Counted from the stretch's first letter, positions 1 to 9,822 are shown. The stretch is 39,568 nt of DNA from a virus (IMGVR_UViG_3300037195_001642:1-39568), one strand, 5' to 3'. The notes: generated from the sequence alone by a model not told the origin. Made by a program: numbers and translations.

Positions 1-162
1 GAAAGTAATCTTTTTGGTGCGGTGGTAATTACTTCTTCTTCTTCTACTTCCCCTACTCTAGGAAGTTCATCTGATACGCCTAGTGCAGATCTTCCTGTAT
101 CTCCTAACAACGGTGCATTAGGATTAATTCCTGGCGTACCTGGATATTGTTGTCCCATTTCA
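1..162. repeat. Terminal direct repeat, copy 1 (circular overlap with 39407-39568)
   Basis: 1-162 equals 39407-39568 except at 78/39484 (g/a) and 89/39495 (a/c); a reading frame continues across the junction. Confidence 0.95.
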
Positions 163-617
163 TAACCTGGATATTGTTGTCCCGTTTCATAATATGCTTT
201 AGATGCTTTGATCCGATTTTCAAATTCCTGTTGTTTTTGCTGTTGTTGTCGGTGCTGCTGTGCTTGTTTCATTTGTTGGCCCTGAGCATAGCCTTCCATC
301 CCTGTAATAGCAGCACCAAGAGTATCTCCTGTCGCTGCTTTTGCACCCATACTAGCCCCTGTTAAACCTCCCATAACACCTGTTAATCCTGCTAAGGGAC
401 CAAGAGCTACTCCTGCTACACCACCAAGAAGTGCACCTAAAAGGCCTTGTTTCTTTTGCCTTTTAGCAGCCCGTTCAGCAGCACGCCGTTTCCTTTCTTG
501 TTCTTCTCTATAATATTTTTGTCGATAGGCATCCCCTAATTGTTCTGATTGTTGTTGTCTCAGAGACATAATATCTTGTATTCCAAATTGTTCTGATATA
601 CTGGGTCTTCCTCTCAT
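1..617 (-). CDS. 5' part of a ~444-aa probable ejection/DNA-pilot protein that continues at 39564-38689
   Basis: ATG at 617 preceded by AAGGAG; open frame MRGRPSISEQ... with a Gly/Ala-rich hydrophobic stretch (GLLGALLGGVAGVALGPLAG) and Gln-rich coil; 617-158=459 nt, in frame with the ORF at 39564; absent from the ORF track because it wraps. Confidence 0.85.
   Translation of the reverse strand, partial: MRGRPSISEQFGIQDIMSLRQQQSEQLGDAYRQKYYREEQERKRRAAERAAKRQKKQGLLGALLGGVAGVALGPLAGLTGVMGGLTGASMGAKAATGDTLGAAITGMEGYAQGQQMKQAQQHRQQQQKQQEFENRIKASKAYYETGQQYPGYEMGQQYPGTPGINPNAPLLGDTGRSALGVSDELPRVGEVEEEEVITTAPKRLL
139..192. repeat. 27-bp tandem duplication (YE[T/M]GQQYPG x2)
   Basis: cctggatattgttgtcccatttcataa followed by cctggatattgttgtcccgtttcataa. 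Confidence 0.9.
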
Positions 618-640
618 TTTAATTCTCCTTACTATTCTAT

Positions 641-1582
641 CTATCCGACTAAATTAGTTACAATTTGTTGGGCACGTCTATTTCTGTCTTGTGTGGACCA
701 ATTCATAGCTCCTTCCTGATTAAGAATCATAGCTACTTGACCACTCCTATCATCATCTAGCTGAGGCCACCTATTACCAACATATGTGTTCAGTTGATTA
801 TATGAGTTTTGTTGTTGTTGAGAGGGACTACTAAATGTAGGTCTTGCCACTTCCTGACCGGCCCCAATTTGGCCCATATATTCTTGTAACATCTGTTCTC
901 TATAGGGGTTCATCACAAATTCTTCGGGTGTTTGTCTTATTTGACGTGCCTGTTCTCCTGAGACAGAAGCATCAGCTTGTCGCAACATTTGAGGACTAAT
1001 CCCCATTTCTTGTGCTCTTCTTAATCGATCTGCATAAGCGGCTGTATTAAGATCTGCTCCGCCAAGCATACGGTTTCTACTTCCCGCATCAAGCTGGCTT
1101 ATTGCCCCTTCTCTAAAGAGACCTAATCTATTTATATCTTCTCGTTGTTGACGACTTCTTTCTTGTTGACCTTGAATATCTTGTAATCTCCTACCTATCT
1201 GTCCTCTAGAAAATTCACGTCCTAATCCAGCTTCTTGGCCAGCAAATGCCCTTTCCAATCCAGCTTGTTCTCCACTAAATTCTCGACCTAACTGTGATTG
1301 TTCACCAGAAAATTGTCGTCTTCTCGCAGCCTCATTTGCTGCAAAGGCTTGTGATAGTAAGTCCATGCCAAGATCAGCAGATATCCTATTTTGGATATTT
1401 CCCTCTCTTTCTAGCTGACGGTCTCTCAATTGATTTTGATCTAATTCCATCCCTCTACGCCCCAAATCTTGACTCATGGTGCCAAGGGTAGACTCAAAAC
1501 TTTCTCTAAGTGGCGTATATGCAAGATCTCTTGCTTGGCTAGAAATTTGATTTTTTAGTTGATTATATTGATTTTGTTGCAT
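641..1582 (-). CDS. Probable internal virion/ejection protein, paralog of 1604-2521
   Basis: Q/R/E/G-rich helical protein with 11-aa repeats (LGREFSGEQAG); strong SD; lies after the stabilization gene as in podoviruses. Confidence 0.65.
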   Translation of the reverse strand: MQQNQYNQLKNQISSQARDLAYTPLRESFESTLGTMSQDLGRRGMELDQNQLRDRQLEREGNIQNRISADLGMDLLSQAFAANEAARRRQFSGEQSQLGREFSGEQAGLERAFAGQEAGLGREFSRGQIGRRLQDIQGQQERSRQQREDINRLGLFREGAISQLDAGSRNRMLGGADLNTAAYADRLRRAQEMGISPQMLRQADASVSGEQARQIRQTPEEFVMNPYREQMLQEYMGQIGAGQEVARPTFSSPSQQQQNSYNQLNTYVGNRWPQLDDDRSGQVAMILNQEGAMNWSTQDRNRRAQQIVTNLVG

Positions 1583-1603
1583 ATATTTATCTCCTCCTTA
1601 AAT

Positions 1604-2521
1604 TCAAAAAGCAATTCTAGCTGTTGGTCGTGGGGTTCCCGCTGCTGTATAAGCCTCACTTGGGTTTATCGGCATTGAACCACGTGGTTCCATACCTAGA
1701 GCACTACCCAAGTCTTGGGCAGGTTCTTGACCACTACTTATTTGTGCCAAACGTCGTTGGAACATGTTCATTTGGCCAGGAGTCATGACATATTGGCCAG
1801 GCTGATCCATCATTAAGGCAGCTTGAGATCTCCCTAATACCGTGTCCGTTTTGCGCAACTCTTCAGGTGATATACCCATTGAATAGGCCCTATTTGCAAG
1901 ATCTGTCTCATACTGAGTTCTAACTTCCCCATATCTTCTTCTTGGCGAGAATATTGACGTTGCTGAGCCTCCACCTAAGATTCGTGATAATGTACCACGA
2001 TCTAAACTACTCGATAATCCAGCTCGAAAGTCTGATAATCGACGATTATCTAACTCTTCTTGACGAATCAGATCTTCTTCTTGGCGAGAATATTGACGTT
2101 GCTGATCTTCAATGCCACGCAAGTATTCTCTCCCAAGTTCAGATTCACCTGATTCAAAAGCTCGCCCTAATCCAGCTTGCTCTGCAGAAAAGCCACGTTG
2201 TCTAGCTGCTTCGTTTCCAGAAAATTCACGTCCTAATTCAGATTCTCTTCTTGACATAGACTGTGATAATGCGCCACGTCCTAATTGGCTCCCCAAGCGT
2301 CCAGCGACATCAGATTCAATTGATGCTTGTCTATTAAAGACGTCTCTCATCTGTTCATTACCAACACCACCAAACGCTAGCCCACGTCGTGAGAGGTCTT
2401 GGATATTAGCTTGAACCTCTCTTCTAAAAGGTTCTCTTGTTGGTTGAATAGCGGCTGTAAAGGCACTACGTGCGACATCTTCTCTTAAATCATCAAATTG
2501 TTGTGGACTATAACTCTGCAT
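1604..2521 (-). CDS. Probable internal virion/ejection protein, paralog of 641-1582
   Basis: Shares QDLxRRG, GREFSG repeats and MGISP motifs with the adjacent ORF. Confidence 0.65.
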   Translation of the reverse strand: MQSYSPQQFDDLREDVARSAFTAAIQPTREPFRREVQANIQDLSRRGLAFGGVGNEQMRDVFNRQASIESDVAGRLGSQLGRGALSQSMSRRESELGREFSGNEAARQRGFSAEQAGLGRAFESGESELGREYLRGIEDQQRQYSRQEEDLIRQEELDNRRLSDFRAGLSSSLDRGTLSRILGGGSATSIFSPRRRYGEVRTQYETDLANRAYSMGISPEELRKTDTVLGRSQAALMMDQPGQYVMTPGQMNMFQRRLAQISSGQEPAQDLGSALGMEPRGSMPINPSEAYTAAGTPRPTARIAF

Positions 2522-2532
2522 GGTGTCTCCTT

Positions 2533-4101
2533 CTATTTCACTCTAATACTTCTAAAAACCAGGTCAAAACCATATACCTGGGTAGGTTCATCTATATTCT
2601 CATTTTCAAATTGGATTTGTATATAATTACCATTTAAATTTGTGGTAAATTCCTCTGTCATTACTCCAACATAAATAAGAGGAAATTCCCCGACAGTTGC
2701 AGAACCGACATAGGCTGGACTTGACGATTCCATTTCTTTCCTTATACCAGCGTCTATAGGGGGAGTGCCTCCTTTCCCTGTTCTATATGATTGTAAATAG
2801 ACTGTTAGTGGGTACGTTTGACCGTCCATTTTAACAATGACTTTATTAAATCTTTTATAAATCGATGAACCGCCGACAGGTAACCACGCAATTTTTGCGA
2901 CTGATTTAATTGCGGCTCCATCATCATTTGTAACATCCTTTTCCAGGATAGTGTGTACTTCTCCTGATAGTCCTTTTGCGCCATAAACAACATTATCTAA
3001 GATATTGAAGAATCTATAATCATAACCCGTAAATTGGCCCCACATTGGCTGTAATGTTTGTTCAGACTCGAAGGGAATTGCTTTTGTTGTATCTGCAAAA
3101 TAAGTACGGTCCGTATAAGCTTGTATGTTTTCATTGGTTTTAAACGATAAAATATATAGATTGTTATAAACAAATGCATTTACATTTACAAAATCAGTTT
3201 CATCTTGGTGTAACTCAATGCTATATCGAAGTGAATAATTGACGATCGGGGAACCAGAGCCACCTAAGGTAAATTCATTTGATGAAAAGCTGATTGCAGG
3301 TGAAATTTTACGAACGTAACCGTCAATAGAAAAATAGAAGATCCCCATTTTAGTAGTTTTAACAGAGTCTGGGCTCTGTGTACCTACATTTGCATCTGTT
3401 TTCAGAACTTTGAAATCGGAAAGACTCGCATCTGCATTAACAAGTACATATACTGCTTCTTCTTTGAAAATGAATAAAGAATCTCCCCATACTTCCATTG
3501 CCTGGATATTTCCGTTGATACCAGGATCAACTTGGAAATTATTGGTGCCTTTATTCCAGGTATCGAAGTCTAATGTATCTGTAAAATAGATAGTGTCAGC
3601 ACCATCAGAACCAAATAATCTATTTTTGTGTAATTTTAAAAATTGTACTGTCTCAGGTGCATTATCTGGCGCACCTGTAGTCAAAAGAGCTGCTTGTGGT
3701 GATGCCCCCATATCTATTTTAATGATCGATTCTTCACCATTACATGCATACAGTGCTGGCGTAGCACCAAAACCAGCTGCTTCAAATCGCACAGTCTGAC
3801 TTGCCGTTAATGTGAGACCAAATGCGTTCCATGTCTCGCTATCATAATAGTATAGATCGGTCCCCTGAGCACAGATCAGATAAGATGTACCTGATGAATT
3901 AGTAAAAGAAGAAAGACCATAAATTGCGCCAGCAACAGGAGGATCTGAGTGTTTAGAGCCTCCAGCTCTTTCCTTTAGCCCACCATTCGCCATAAAGACA
4001 TAATTTTCGCAACGCCTTAATTGTCCTGGTAAGAGGTCCAATTCATCTGCCGAATTGTCCAGACCCAAGAATCTATCCATTGAAACAGTTTGAAAGGGCA
4101 T
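2533..4101 (-). CDS. Tail nozzle / packaged-DNA stabilization protein (P22 gp10 / tail tubular B-like)
   Basis: 522 aa, beta-propeller-like; N-terminal FLGLD...GGLKERAG, HKNRLF and LFIFKE motifs; follows the adaptor gene. Confidence 0.7.
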   Translation of the reverse strand: MPFQTVSMDRFLGLDNSADELDLLPGQLRRCENYVFMANGGLKERAGGSKHSDPPVAGAIYGLSSFTNSSGTSYLICAQGTDLYYYDSETWNAFGLTLTASQTVRFEAAGFGATPALYACNGEESIIKIDMGASPQAALLTTGAPDNAPETVQFLKLHKNRLFGSDGADTIYFTDTLDFDTWNKGTNNFQVDPGINGNIQAMEVWGDSLFIFKEEAVYVLVNADASLSDFKVLKTDANVGTQSPDSVKTTKMGIFYFSIDGYVRKISPAISFSSNEFTLGGSGSPIVNYSLRYSIELHQDETDFVNVNAFVYNNLYILSFKTNENIQAYTDRTYFADTTKAIPFESEQTLQPMWGQFTGYDYRFFNILDNVVYGAKGLSGEVHTILEKDVTNDDGAAIKSVAKIAWLPVGGSSIYKRFNKVIVKMDGQTYPLTVYLQSYRTGKGGTPPIDAGIRKEMESSSPAYVGSATVGEFPLIYVGVMTEEFTTNLNGNYIQIQFENENIDEPTQVYGFDLVFRSIRVK

Positions 4102-4110
4102 ATTCTATCT

Positions 4111-4842
4111 CTATCCCCCACCAAAAAATGTTGATGGGTCACGATAATCTTTATAACTCGAACTAAATGTTACGGGATCTAATTGAATAACTTCTGCATC
4201 TCTGTAATCAAGGTCTATATTAAGTTCATTTTCTTCTCGTGTAGCCAACATCTCATATTTTGTTTGGTTCTCGGTATCATCGATAATCTGATAGCAAAGA
4301 GCGGTAACTTTGAAAATAACGAGCATATCATAATCGTCAGAAAGATCGGTTTCATCGCTATCAGACGACAGAACTGTCGGTTTTGTTATACCAAAAATTC
4401 TTATTCCAGTTGCATCTGTACGATTAAAATATTTATTGGTTACTATTTCTCTACCACGATAAGCGAAATATGATGGATCTCCTGTATTCGATGAATCAAA
4501 AAAATTATTAGCACCTTCAATAACGATCATCTGCTGCAGATCTCGCTCAACCAACTGTCTTCCTTTCCCTTGAGAATTAAAATAATAGACTATCTGCGGG
4601 TATAATAATGTCGTGTTAAGTGTGACTTTATTGGTGCCACTTGTAATGGAATGGTCTAAGGGTGTGGAATTTTGTAACTCTACAGGCTTGATCCTCCTAC
4701 CAACCTCACGGGTAACAGTATTAATAAAATCATTAATATTGGTATTTGAGGGTACTGTATCGGCTGTTGTAGTAATATCTAACTGTCTCTCAACGTATCC
4801 TCTCAATACTTCTAATGTTGATCCCACTATGGTTCCTCCCAC
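4111..4842 (-). CDS. Head-tail adaptor (tail tubular A-like)
   Basis: 243 aa with INDFIN, TGDPSYFA and LSSDSDETDL motifs of phage adaptor proteins; gene order. Confidence 0.65.
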   Translation of the reverse strand: MGGTIVGSTLEVLRGYVERQLDITTTADTVPSNTNINDFINTVTREVGRRIKPVELQNSTPLDHSITSGTNKVTLNTTLLYPQIVYYFNSQGKGRQLVERDLQQMIVIEGANNFFDSSNTGDPSYFAYRGREIVTNKYFNRTDATGIRIFGITKPTVLSSDSDETDLSDDYDMLVIFKVTALCYQIIDDTENQTKYEMLATREENELNIDLDYRDAEVIQLDPVTFSSSYKDYRDPSTFFGGG

Positions 4843-5117
4843 TCATGTATACTTGACCAATTAAGATCATCGAATTCTTCTTGCGTTAAAAGAGATCCTT
4901 GCTCGGTTTCACTTAAAACATATTCTAACTGTTCTGGGATAGTTAATGCATAGTCTTCGGAATCCCCCTTTTTCAAACAGCTAAACCAATATTGAGTCAC
5001 TTTTCCAGTCGGATTTAATCTTGAATGGGAAGGATCTCCATTAGAACCTTGCTCATGAGCAATACGATTATTGACTTCTCTTTCTTCTTCTAAACTATTA
5101 AAAACCAAATATTTCAT
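4827..5117 (-). CDS. Hypothetical protein (possible fibre chaperone)
   Basis: 96-aa ORF tightly coupled to its neighbours. Confidence 0.6.
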   Translation of the reverse strand: MKYLVFNSLEEEREVNNRIAHEQGSNGDPSHSRLNPTGKVTQYWFSCLKKGDSEDYALTIPEQLEYVLSETEQGSLLTQEEFDDLNWSSIHEWEEP

Positions 5118-5120
5118 GCG

Positions 5121-6278
5121 CTATACCTCTCTAGATCTCAAAACCGCATTTAAATTGTCAAAAATACCAATACAAAAAGCCCCATTATACTCCTCTCTAC
5201 TCATATAAAAATTATTATAAAGGTCTACTTTTGAAGCAAAATAACCATGTGCGGTTGTATTATAGGGTGTAGCGGCCTCGTCTACCAGATTAGTGGTGTA
5301 GTCAAGCGCCCATGAATATAGAGGGACTTTTTGGTTTGTGTTTGATTTGATTTTTTTATCGTAGTCTACTCCCCTCACATAATCTAACGCCAAGTTCCTA
5401 TCTCTCGTTATTTCTTCAAACGTCCCCACTGTATACGTATGTTCAACCCCATCCTCAAAAAAAGTAACGGATGGGTTACAACTGTAGTTATAAATTGAAG
5501 GGGCCGTATCGTAATCTAACAAATTATCAAATGAATTTCCCACGGGGTTAGATGCCCAATATATTGTATAATCAACTCCAGTTATAGGCCTCCTGTTGGC
5601 GTAAGGAGACCCATCTTTAATACAATAATAGTAGTTTGAATCAGTACCCTGCATGACTGCTGGCCTACCAAAAGCACCGCCTTTTATTTCGCTTGCGTCT
5701 TCTTCATCAATTACTTGGTTTTTTGATGATGTAAAATTTGCGCTAATGATATACGAGTCAGAAGATGGTTGGTCAGTACGCTGAAACCTACCGCCCATTA
5801 AAATCCCGCTCATTTCCTCAAATTTACGCACAAAAGTCATTCGCACCACCGTTCTCGATGTATCTCCCTTGATACACGGTTCTCCGTATAAGTTTCTAAA
5901 AATACTCCCTGGCACACCAGCCCCTTCATCGTTGACAATAAGAGGCTGCCTGCTCGCCGTACTCTGGTAAATATCCGTTTTGTGTGATGAATCAACAGAT
6001 CCATCTACAAATACACTTAACCAGTTCCTGCGATTGTCCTGTTGATCGTACATCTTAGTTACAAATCCGTCAGAATTGTGACCAACAAAGTCTAATAGCT
6101 CCTTCTCATCTATCCAGCACCCTGGCTTCTTGCCAGTGAAATAAATGTCTTGTTCAACATTGTCGATACCCCTCCGTACTCTCAACGCTGGTCCTTCATA
6201 TTGGGCTACCATTTTTTGTAGTCCCCAACAACAATCGCCAAATAACTGAAAGTGCTTATACTTTTTAAGCTTCTTCAT
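5121..6278 (-). CDS. Virion fibre/lectin-like protein (arabinofuranosidase-catalytic/ConA-like N-terminus)
   Basis: YEGPALRVRR..DNVEQDIYF...LLDFVG..DGFVTKMYDQ motif, common in phage fibre domains. Confidence 0.6.
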   Translation of the reverse strand: MKKLKKYKHFQLFGDCCWGLQKMVAQYEGPALRVRRGIDNVEQDIYFTGKKPGCWIDEKELLDFVGHNSDGFVTKMYDQQDNRRNWLSVFVDGSVDSSHKTDIYQSTASRQPLIVNDEGAGVPGSIFRNLYGEPCIKGDTSRTVVRMTFVRKFEEMSGILMGGRFQRTDQPSSDSYIISANFTSSKNQVIDEEDASEIKGGAFGRPAVMQGTDSNYYYCIKDGSPYANRRPITGVDYTIYWASNPVGNSFDNLLDYDTAPSIYNYSCNPSVTFFEDGVEHTYTVGTFEEITRDRNLALDYVRGVDYDKKIKSNTNQKVPLYSWALDYTTNLVDEAATPYNTTAHGYFASKVDLYNNFYMSREEYNGAFCIGIFDNLNAVLRSREV

Positions 6279-6279
6279 A

Positions 6280-6987
6280 TTATTCTACTCGATAAAAATC
6301 ACACGTTATTTTAAAGTCCTCTGATCCTGTAACACTCCATGCACTAGCAGATTGTATACATAAATAGAGAGAAGTATCTGCTGCGGCTGTGTGAATCAAA
6401 TAATCAGAGCTATCGTCACTTAGATGAACTGATGCAGACGTTGAGGTAGTCTTGTTCCAGACAGCCACTTTCGATTCCATATATTCTGTTTCAGCACCTG
6501 TTAGTAGTATGTCACTTCCTTCAGTTTGTGCTGATGATGGTACAGAGTTCATAACAAAGATATTTAAATTTCCGATCGATGATTCAGCACCACCACTTGT
6601 CCCAATCCGAATATTTTTTAAAATAACGGCATCTCCATTAGAAGATGCAACGGTGGTTAATTCATGGAAAAAGTTACCACTAGCTTCTATGATGCCGTTA
6701 ACAGCAACTGAAACTGCTGATGCACCTGCTCTTGTAACATTAATTTGTTTTCTAACTATTTCGAATTTTTGATCGGCTTTTAATGTACCTTCAACTGCAG
6801 TTTGAATAGCCGCATTACTAGTAACTATCGTAGTCGTGTTAGTAGATGTTGTTCCTGTATTTGTTTGGATGGTAGCCGAATTTGTTTCGAGCTGTTGAGT
6901 TATAAATGGATCCCCACTTGAACCAGCACCTGTGGCCTTTACATATTTCGATTGGGAATTACCATCAATGATTTCGATATTTGCCAT
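6280..6987 (-). CDS. Virion structural protein (head fibre/decoration-like)
   Basis: S/T/G/A-rich 235 aa; KATGAGSSGDPF motif; SD AAGGAG; downstream of the spike-base gene. Confidence 0.55.
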   Translation of the reverse strand: MANIEIIDGNSQSKYVKATGAGSSGDPFITQQLETNSATIQTNTGTTSTNTTTIVTSNAAIQTAVEGTLKADQKFEIVRKQINVTRAGASAVSVAVNGIIEASGNFFHELTTVASSNGDAVILKNIRIGTSGGAESSIGNLNIFVMNSVPSSAQTEGSDILLTGAETEYMESKVAVWNKTTSTSASVHLSDDSSDYLIHTAAADTSLYLCIQSASAWSVTGSEDFKITCDFYRVE

Positions 6988-7004
6988 TCTTCTTTACTCC
7001 TTTT

Positions 7005-7136
7005 TTATATGATCGTAACTAATAACTGCGAATTATATGCCACACTAAAATTCAACTCAGCAGCTACTTTTGGTGGTCTTCCTGCGTGCTTAATCAGGTA
7101 TCTTGCAGTTAGAGCAACCGAACACCCAAGTTGCAT
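7005..7136 (-). CDS. Small 43-aa protein (MQLGCSVALT...LNFSVAYNSQLLVTII)
   Basis: ATG overlaps the upstream TGA (TGATG) and the ORF fills the gap exactly; below the track length cut-off. Confidence 0.6.
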   Translation of the reverse strand: MQLGCSVALTARYLIKHAGRPPKVAAELNFSVAYNSQLLVTII

Positions 7137-7399
7137 CAGATTAATCCTACAATATCGGCTGCTGTTGTATCAGTTGCCATCACTTTTATAGGTTTAATTG
7201 GAAGAATACTGGAATCTACTAACCCTGCAAATGTAACTACATTACCGTCAACGTCTTCTACTGCTATATTACCAGCACTACCAATATAAAGAGATCTTAT
7301 AGGTTGTGGTAAATCTAAAGTATCACTAGGCGTAATTGCAATGAAGCGGATTGAGGGTTCCACTTTATTTGGTTTTGTTGACGTATCGTACATGACCAT
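7136..7399 (-). CDS. Head spike base protein (RcGTA Rcc01079-like)
   Basis: AITPSDTLDL...RSLYIGSAGNIAV...ILPIKPIKVMATDTTAADIVGL matches the family pattern. Confidence 0.75.
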   Translation of the reverse strand: MVMYDTSTKPNKVEPSIRFIAITPSDTLDLPQPIRSLYIGSAGNIAVEDVDGNVVTFAGLVDSSILPIKPIKVMATDTTAADIVGLI

Positions 7400-7472
7400 A
7401 TTGATGAGCTCCTTTTTGTCTTGTTCATATAAAGACTGTCCTCAAAAGGGGCTTCTAGTCACTCTACAGTAA

Positions 7473-7493
7473 TTATAACAAAGCTTGTTATAA
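7473..7493. promoter_or_regulatory. Palindromic operator overlapping a minus-strand extended -10 (TGTTATAAT)
   Basis: ttataacaa-agc-ttgttataa, perfect 9-bp arms; motif recurs at four other intergenic sites. Confidence 0.75.
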
Positions 7494-7500
7494 AATAAAA

Positions 7501-8532
7501 CTACTTTTGATGTTCTTTTAACCACAAAAGTAATTTTTTACAATTTTTGACAATTGAATAGTTTTCTTTATTTGCTGTTTTCAATTCTTTAAAATCTATC
7601 TTATTTTCCCTTATGACCAAATCAAATGATCTATTATTCCTTAAGATTATAGGACCGTTCGTATTCTTATACGGTTCAACGTTCGATGCTATTAAGGGGA
7701 TGCCAAGAGAGGACCATTCAATCCACTTCAAATTCGATTTACATCGATTAAATTCGGTATCTCTTAATGGAGCGAGTGCACAATCAATGTTCATATCGTA
7801 CAGTTTCTGTGGATATTCTTCGATATTCCATGCAACAGTCTTAAAGTCAATTCTCCTATCGATCAGAAAGTCAGGTCGAAAACCACCATATCTAATCTTA
7901 ATGACACAATCTCTTTGAAAGTTATTGAGACCGTTCTGGAGTATTTTCAAATCTTCGTCATGACCACCACCCGAAACATAACCATAAGTAAATTTATCGT
8001 TTTTAGGGTTTTTCTTTTCCTCAATTGACCATGTCGTAGGATCAATACAATTGGGGGCTACAAAAACATTTTCATTAAAAACCTTACAAAATTCTGCTAG
8101 ATATGAGGTTGATGTAATGATTCCGTCACTTATCTGGCAATGATGGGCAGCCATCGTATGATGGTCCTTAAACTTATCGGCATTGATATTTGACGGGGTG
8201 ATATCTCCTATATGGTCATCAACTTCACAGTATATTTTTGTTTTTGGATACTTTTCTTTTAACCTCATCATTAATTTAAGTCCTGGTTTATGTTGGATTT
8301 TCTGGAAAATAATGACGTCAAAGTATTCAAAAGCAGCGTCTAACTTAGATTCAATCATCATTCCTTCTCTGGTATCTGTATCAAAAGCTTCCCACGCAAT
8401 GCCATCTTTGGGGTCAAAAAAGTAATCAACGTAGACTCTTGTATCATCTATTTTCAACAAATTTGTAGCGTAATTCTCGATCCTCCAATAAATAACACCA
8501 TTATTTAAACTTGGTATATACAAAATTTTCAT
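7501..8532 (-). CDS. Glycosyltransferase (GT-B fold, GT4-like)
   Basis: EVDD, VAPN, ALAPLRDTEFNRCKSNLKWIE and IASNVEPY motifs. Confidence 0.85.
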   Translation of the reverse strand: MKILYIPSLNNGVIYWRIENYATNLLKIDDTRVYVDYFFDPKDGIAWEAFDTDTREGMMIESKLDAAFEYFDVIIFQKIQHKPGLKLMMRLKEKYPKTKIYCEVDDHIGDITPSNINADKFKDHHTMAAHHCQISDGIITSTSYLAEFCKVFNENVFVAPNCIDPTTWSIEEKKNPKNDKFTYGYVSGGGHDEDLKILQNGLNNFQRDCVIKIRYGGFRPDFLIDRRIDFKTVAWNIEEYPQKLYDMNIDCALAPLRDTEFNRCKSNLKWIEWSSLGIPLIASNVEPYKNTNGPIILRNNRSFDLVIRENKIDFKELKTANKENYSIVKNCKKLLLWLKEHQK

Positions 8533-9173
8533 TTAATACACTCCAATCCTAGATATTGTGGGTCACTCTTATCAATACCCACCTCTAAACAATAACTTTC
8601 CGTAAACGGAATTTCTGTATATAGAACATTCCCTTCCTTGAATCGACTATACATAAGAGAATAAATTTGTTCAACAGAAAAATTCTGATGATGAAAATCT
8701 CCAAGTGTTTGACATATAACTGATTTGGGATGGGGTATCGTTATAATGAGCACACCCCCCTTGCTTAGAACTCGCCAAGCCTCTGATATTGCATGGTAAG
8801 GATTATATAAATGTTCTAGTACCTCACACATCAAAACAACGTTAAACTTATTATCTTCAAATTGTGATAAATTTTCAGCTTCTCCTACTTCTGCTCGAAC
8901 CCCTTTTGACTTTGCTATCTCCACCAGTTCGGGCACTATATCGATTCCCCTCACATAACAATTCTTTTTTTCTTGTAATGGTAGCGAAAATAAACCAGTG
9001 TTGCACCCAATATCAAGGACCACCGAATCGGCTGGGGTATTCTCATAAACCCACATGCACCTATAATGGTCTCTAATAGATGGAGTTCCTTTTCCTTTAC
9101 TAATCGCATCAGATCTATAATTGTCTCTGTGATCTTGCTGTGCATCATATTTAGATCTGTATCTCAATACCAT
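8529..9173 (-). CDS. Class I SAM-dependent methyltransferase
   Basis: VLDIGCNTG, GIDI, EVLEHL and RVLSKGGVLIITIP motifs. Confidence 0.9.
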   Translation of the reverse strand: MVLRYRSKYDAQQDHRDNYRSDAISKGKGTPSIRDHYRCMWVYENTPADSVVLDIGCNTGLFSLPLQEKKNCYVRGIDIVPELVEIAKSKGVRAEVGEAENLSQFEDNKFNVVLMCEVLEHLYNPYHAISEAWRVLSKGGVLIITIPHPKSVICQTLGDFHHQNFSVEQIYSLMYSRFKEGNVLYTEIPFTESYCLEVGIDKSDPQYLGLECIK

Positions 9174-9822
9174 ATTCCTCTTTATAAATTTTCTGTTTCA
9201 ATTCCCAAGCAACCTTTTTATTGCGTAGCGAGTCCCCTTCATATTTAAGCATTAATGGATTCTGGCACCCACCAAACTTTGCACCTTCCTGATTCATTTC
9301 TAAAAGAACAAATTCGTATAAATCTGTTTCCATACTATCTTCTCTATGTGGGCATCTTAGTGCTAAGTCACGGCGATATGCAACTGTGGGATAGGAGATG
9401 TTACATTTGCTATTAAAATCCCACTCATAGGCCTCTTGTCTCCATATTTCTGAAGGATTTTTTGAGCTACAGCAGGTAAGAGCACTATAAAAAACATCCT
9501 TCTCCTCTTCATCAAAAAACTCTGTAATTGCCTGGGATCTATTTTCATCATAGATGTCATTATCACAAATAACGATTATATCACCACTCGCTTCCTGTAC
9601 TAATAGGTTGCGTCCTTTTGCATGACCTTTTCTCTCCTTCATATGAATTACGTTAATGTCGTTTTTATAAAAATCTAAAATTCGTTTTGTGTTATCAGTT
9701 GACCCGTCGTGATAGACTATTATTTCACCTTTCACTTTTTGATTGATTAATGATTCGATACATTGTGCTATTAAATATTGGCCGTTATAGACTGGTAAAC
9801 AGAAACTTAGTTTTAAAGACAT
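9151..9822 (-). CDS. Glycosyltransferase family 2
   Basis: LPVYNG, DGSTDNT, GRN and DND (DxD) motifs. Confidence 0.9.
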   Translation of the reverse strand: MSLKLSFCLPVYNGQYLIAQCIESLINQKVKGEIIVYHDGSTDNTKRILDFYKNDINVIHMKERKGHAKGRNLLVQEASGDIIVICDNDIYDENRSQAITEFFDEEEKDVFYSALTCCSSKNPSEIWRQEAYEWDFNSKCNISYPTVAYRRDLALRCPHREDSMETDLYEFVLLEMNQEGAKFGGCQNPLMLKYEGDSLRNKKVAWELKQKIYKEEYGIEIQI

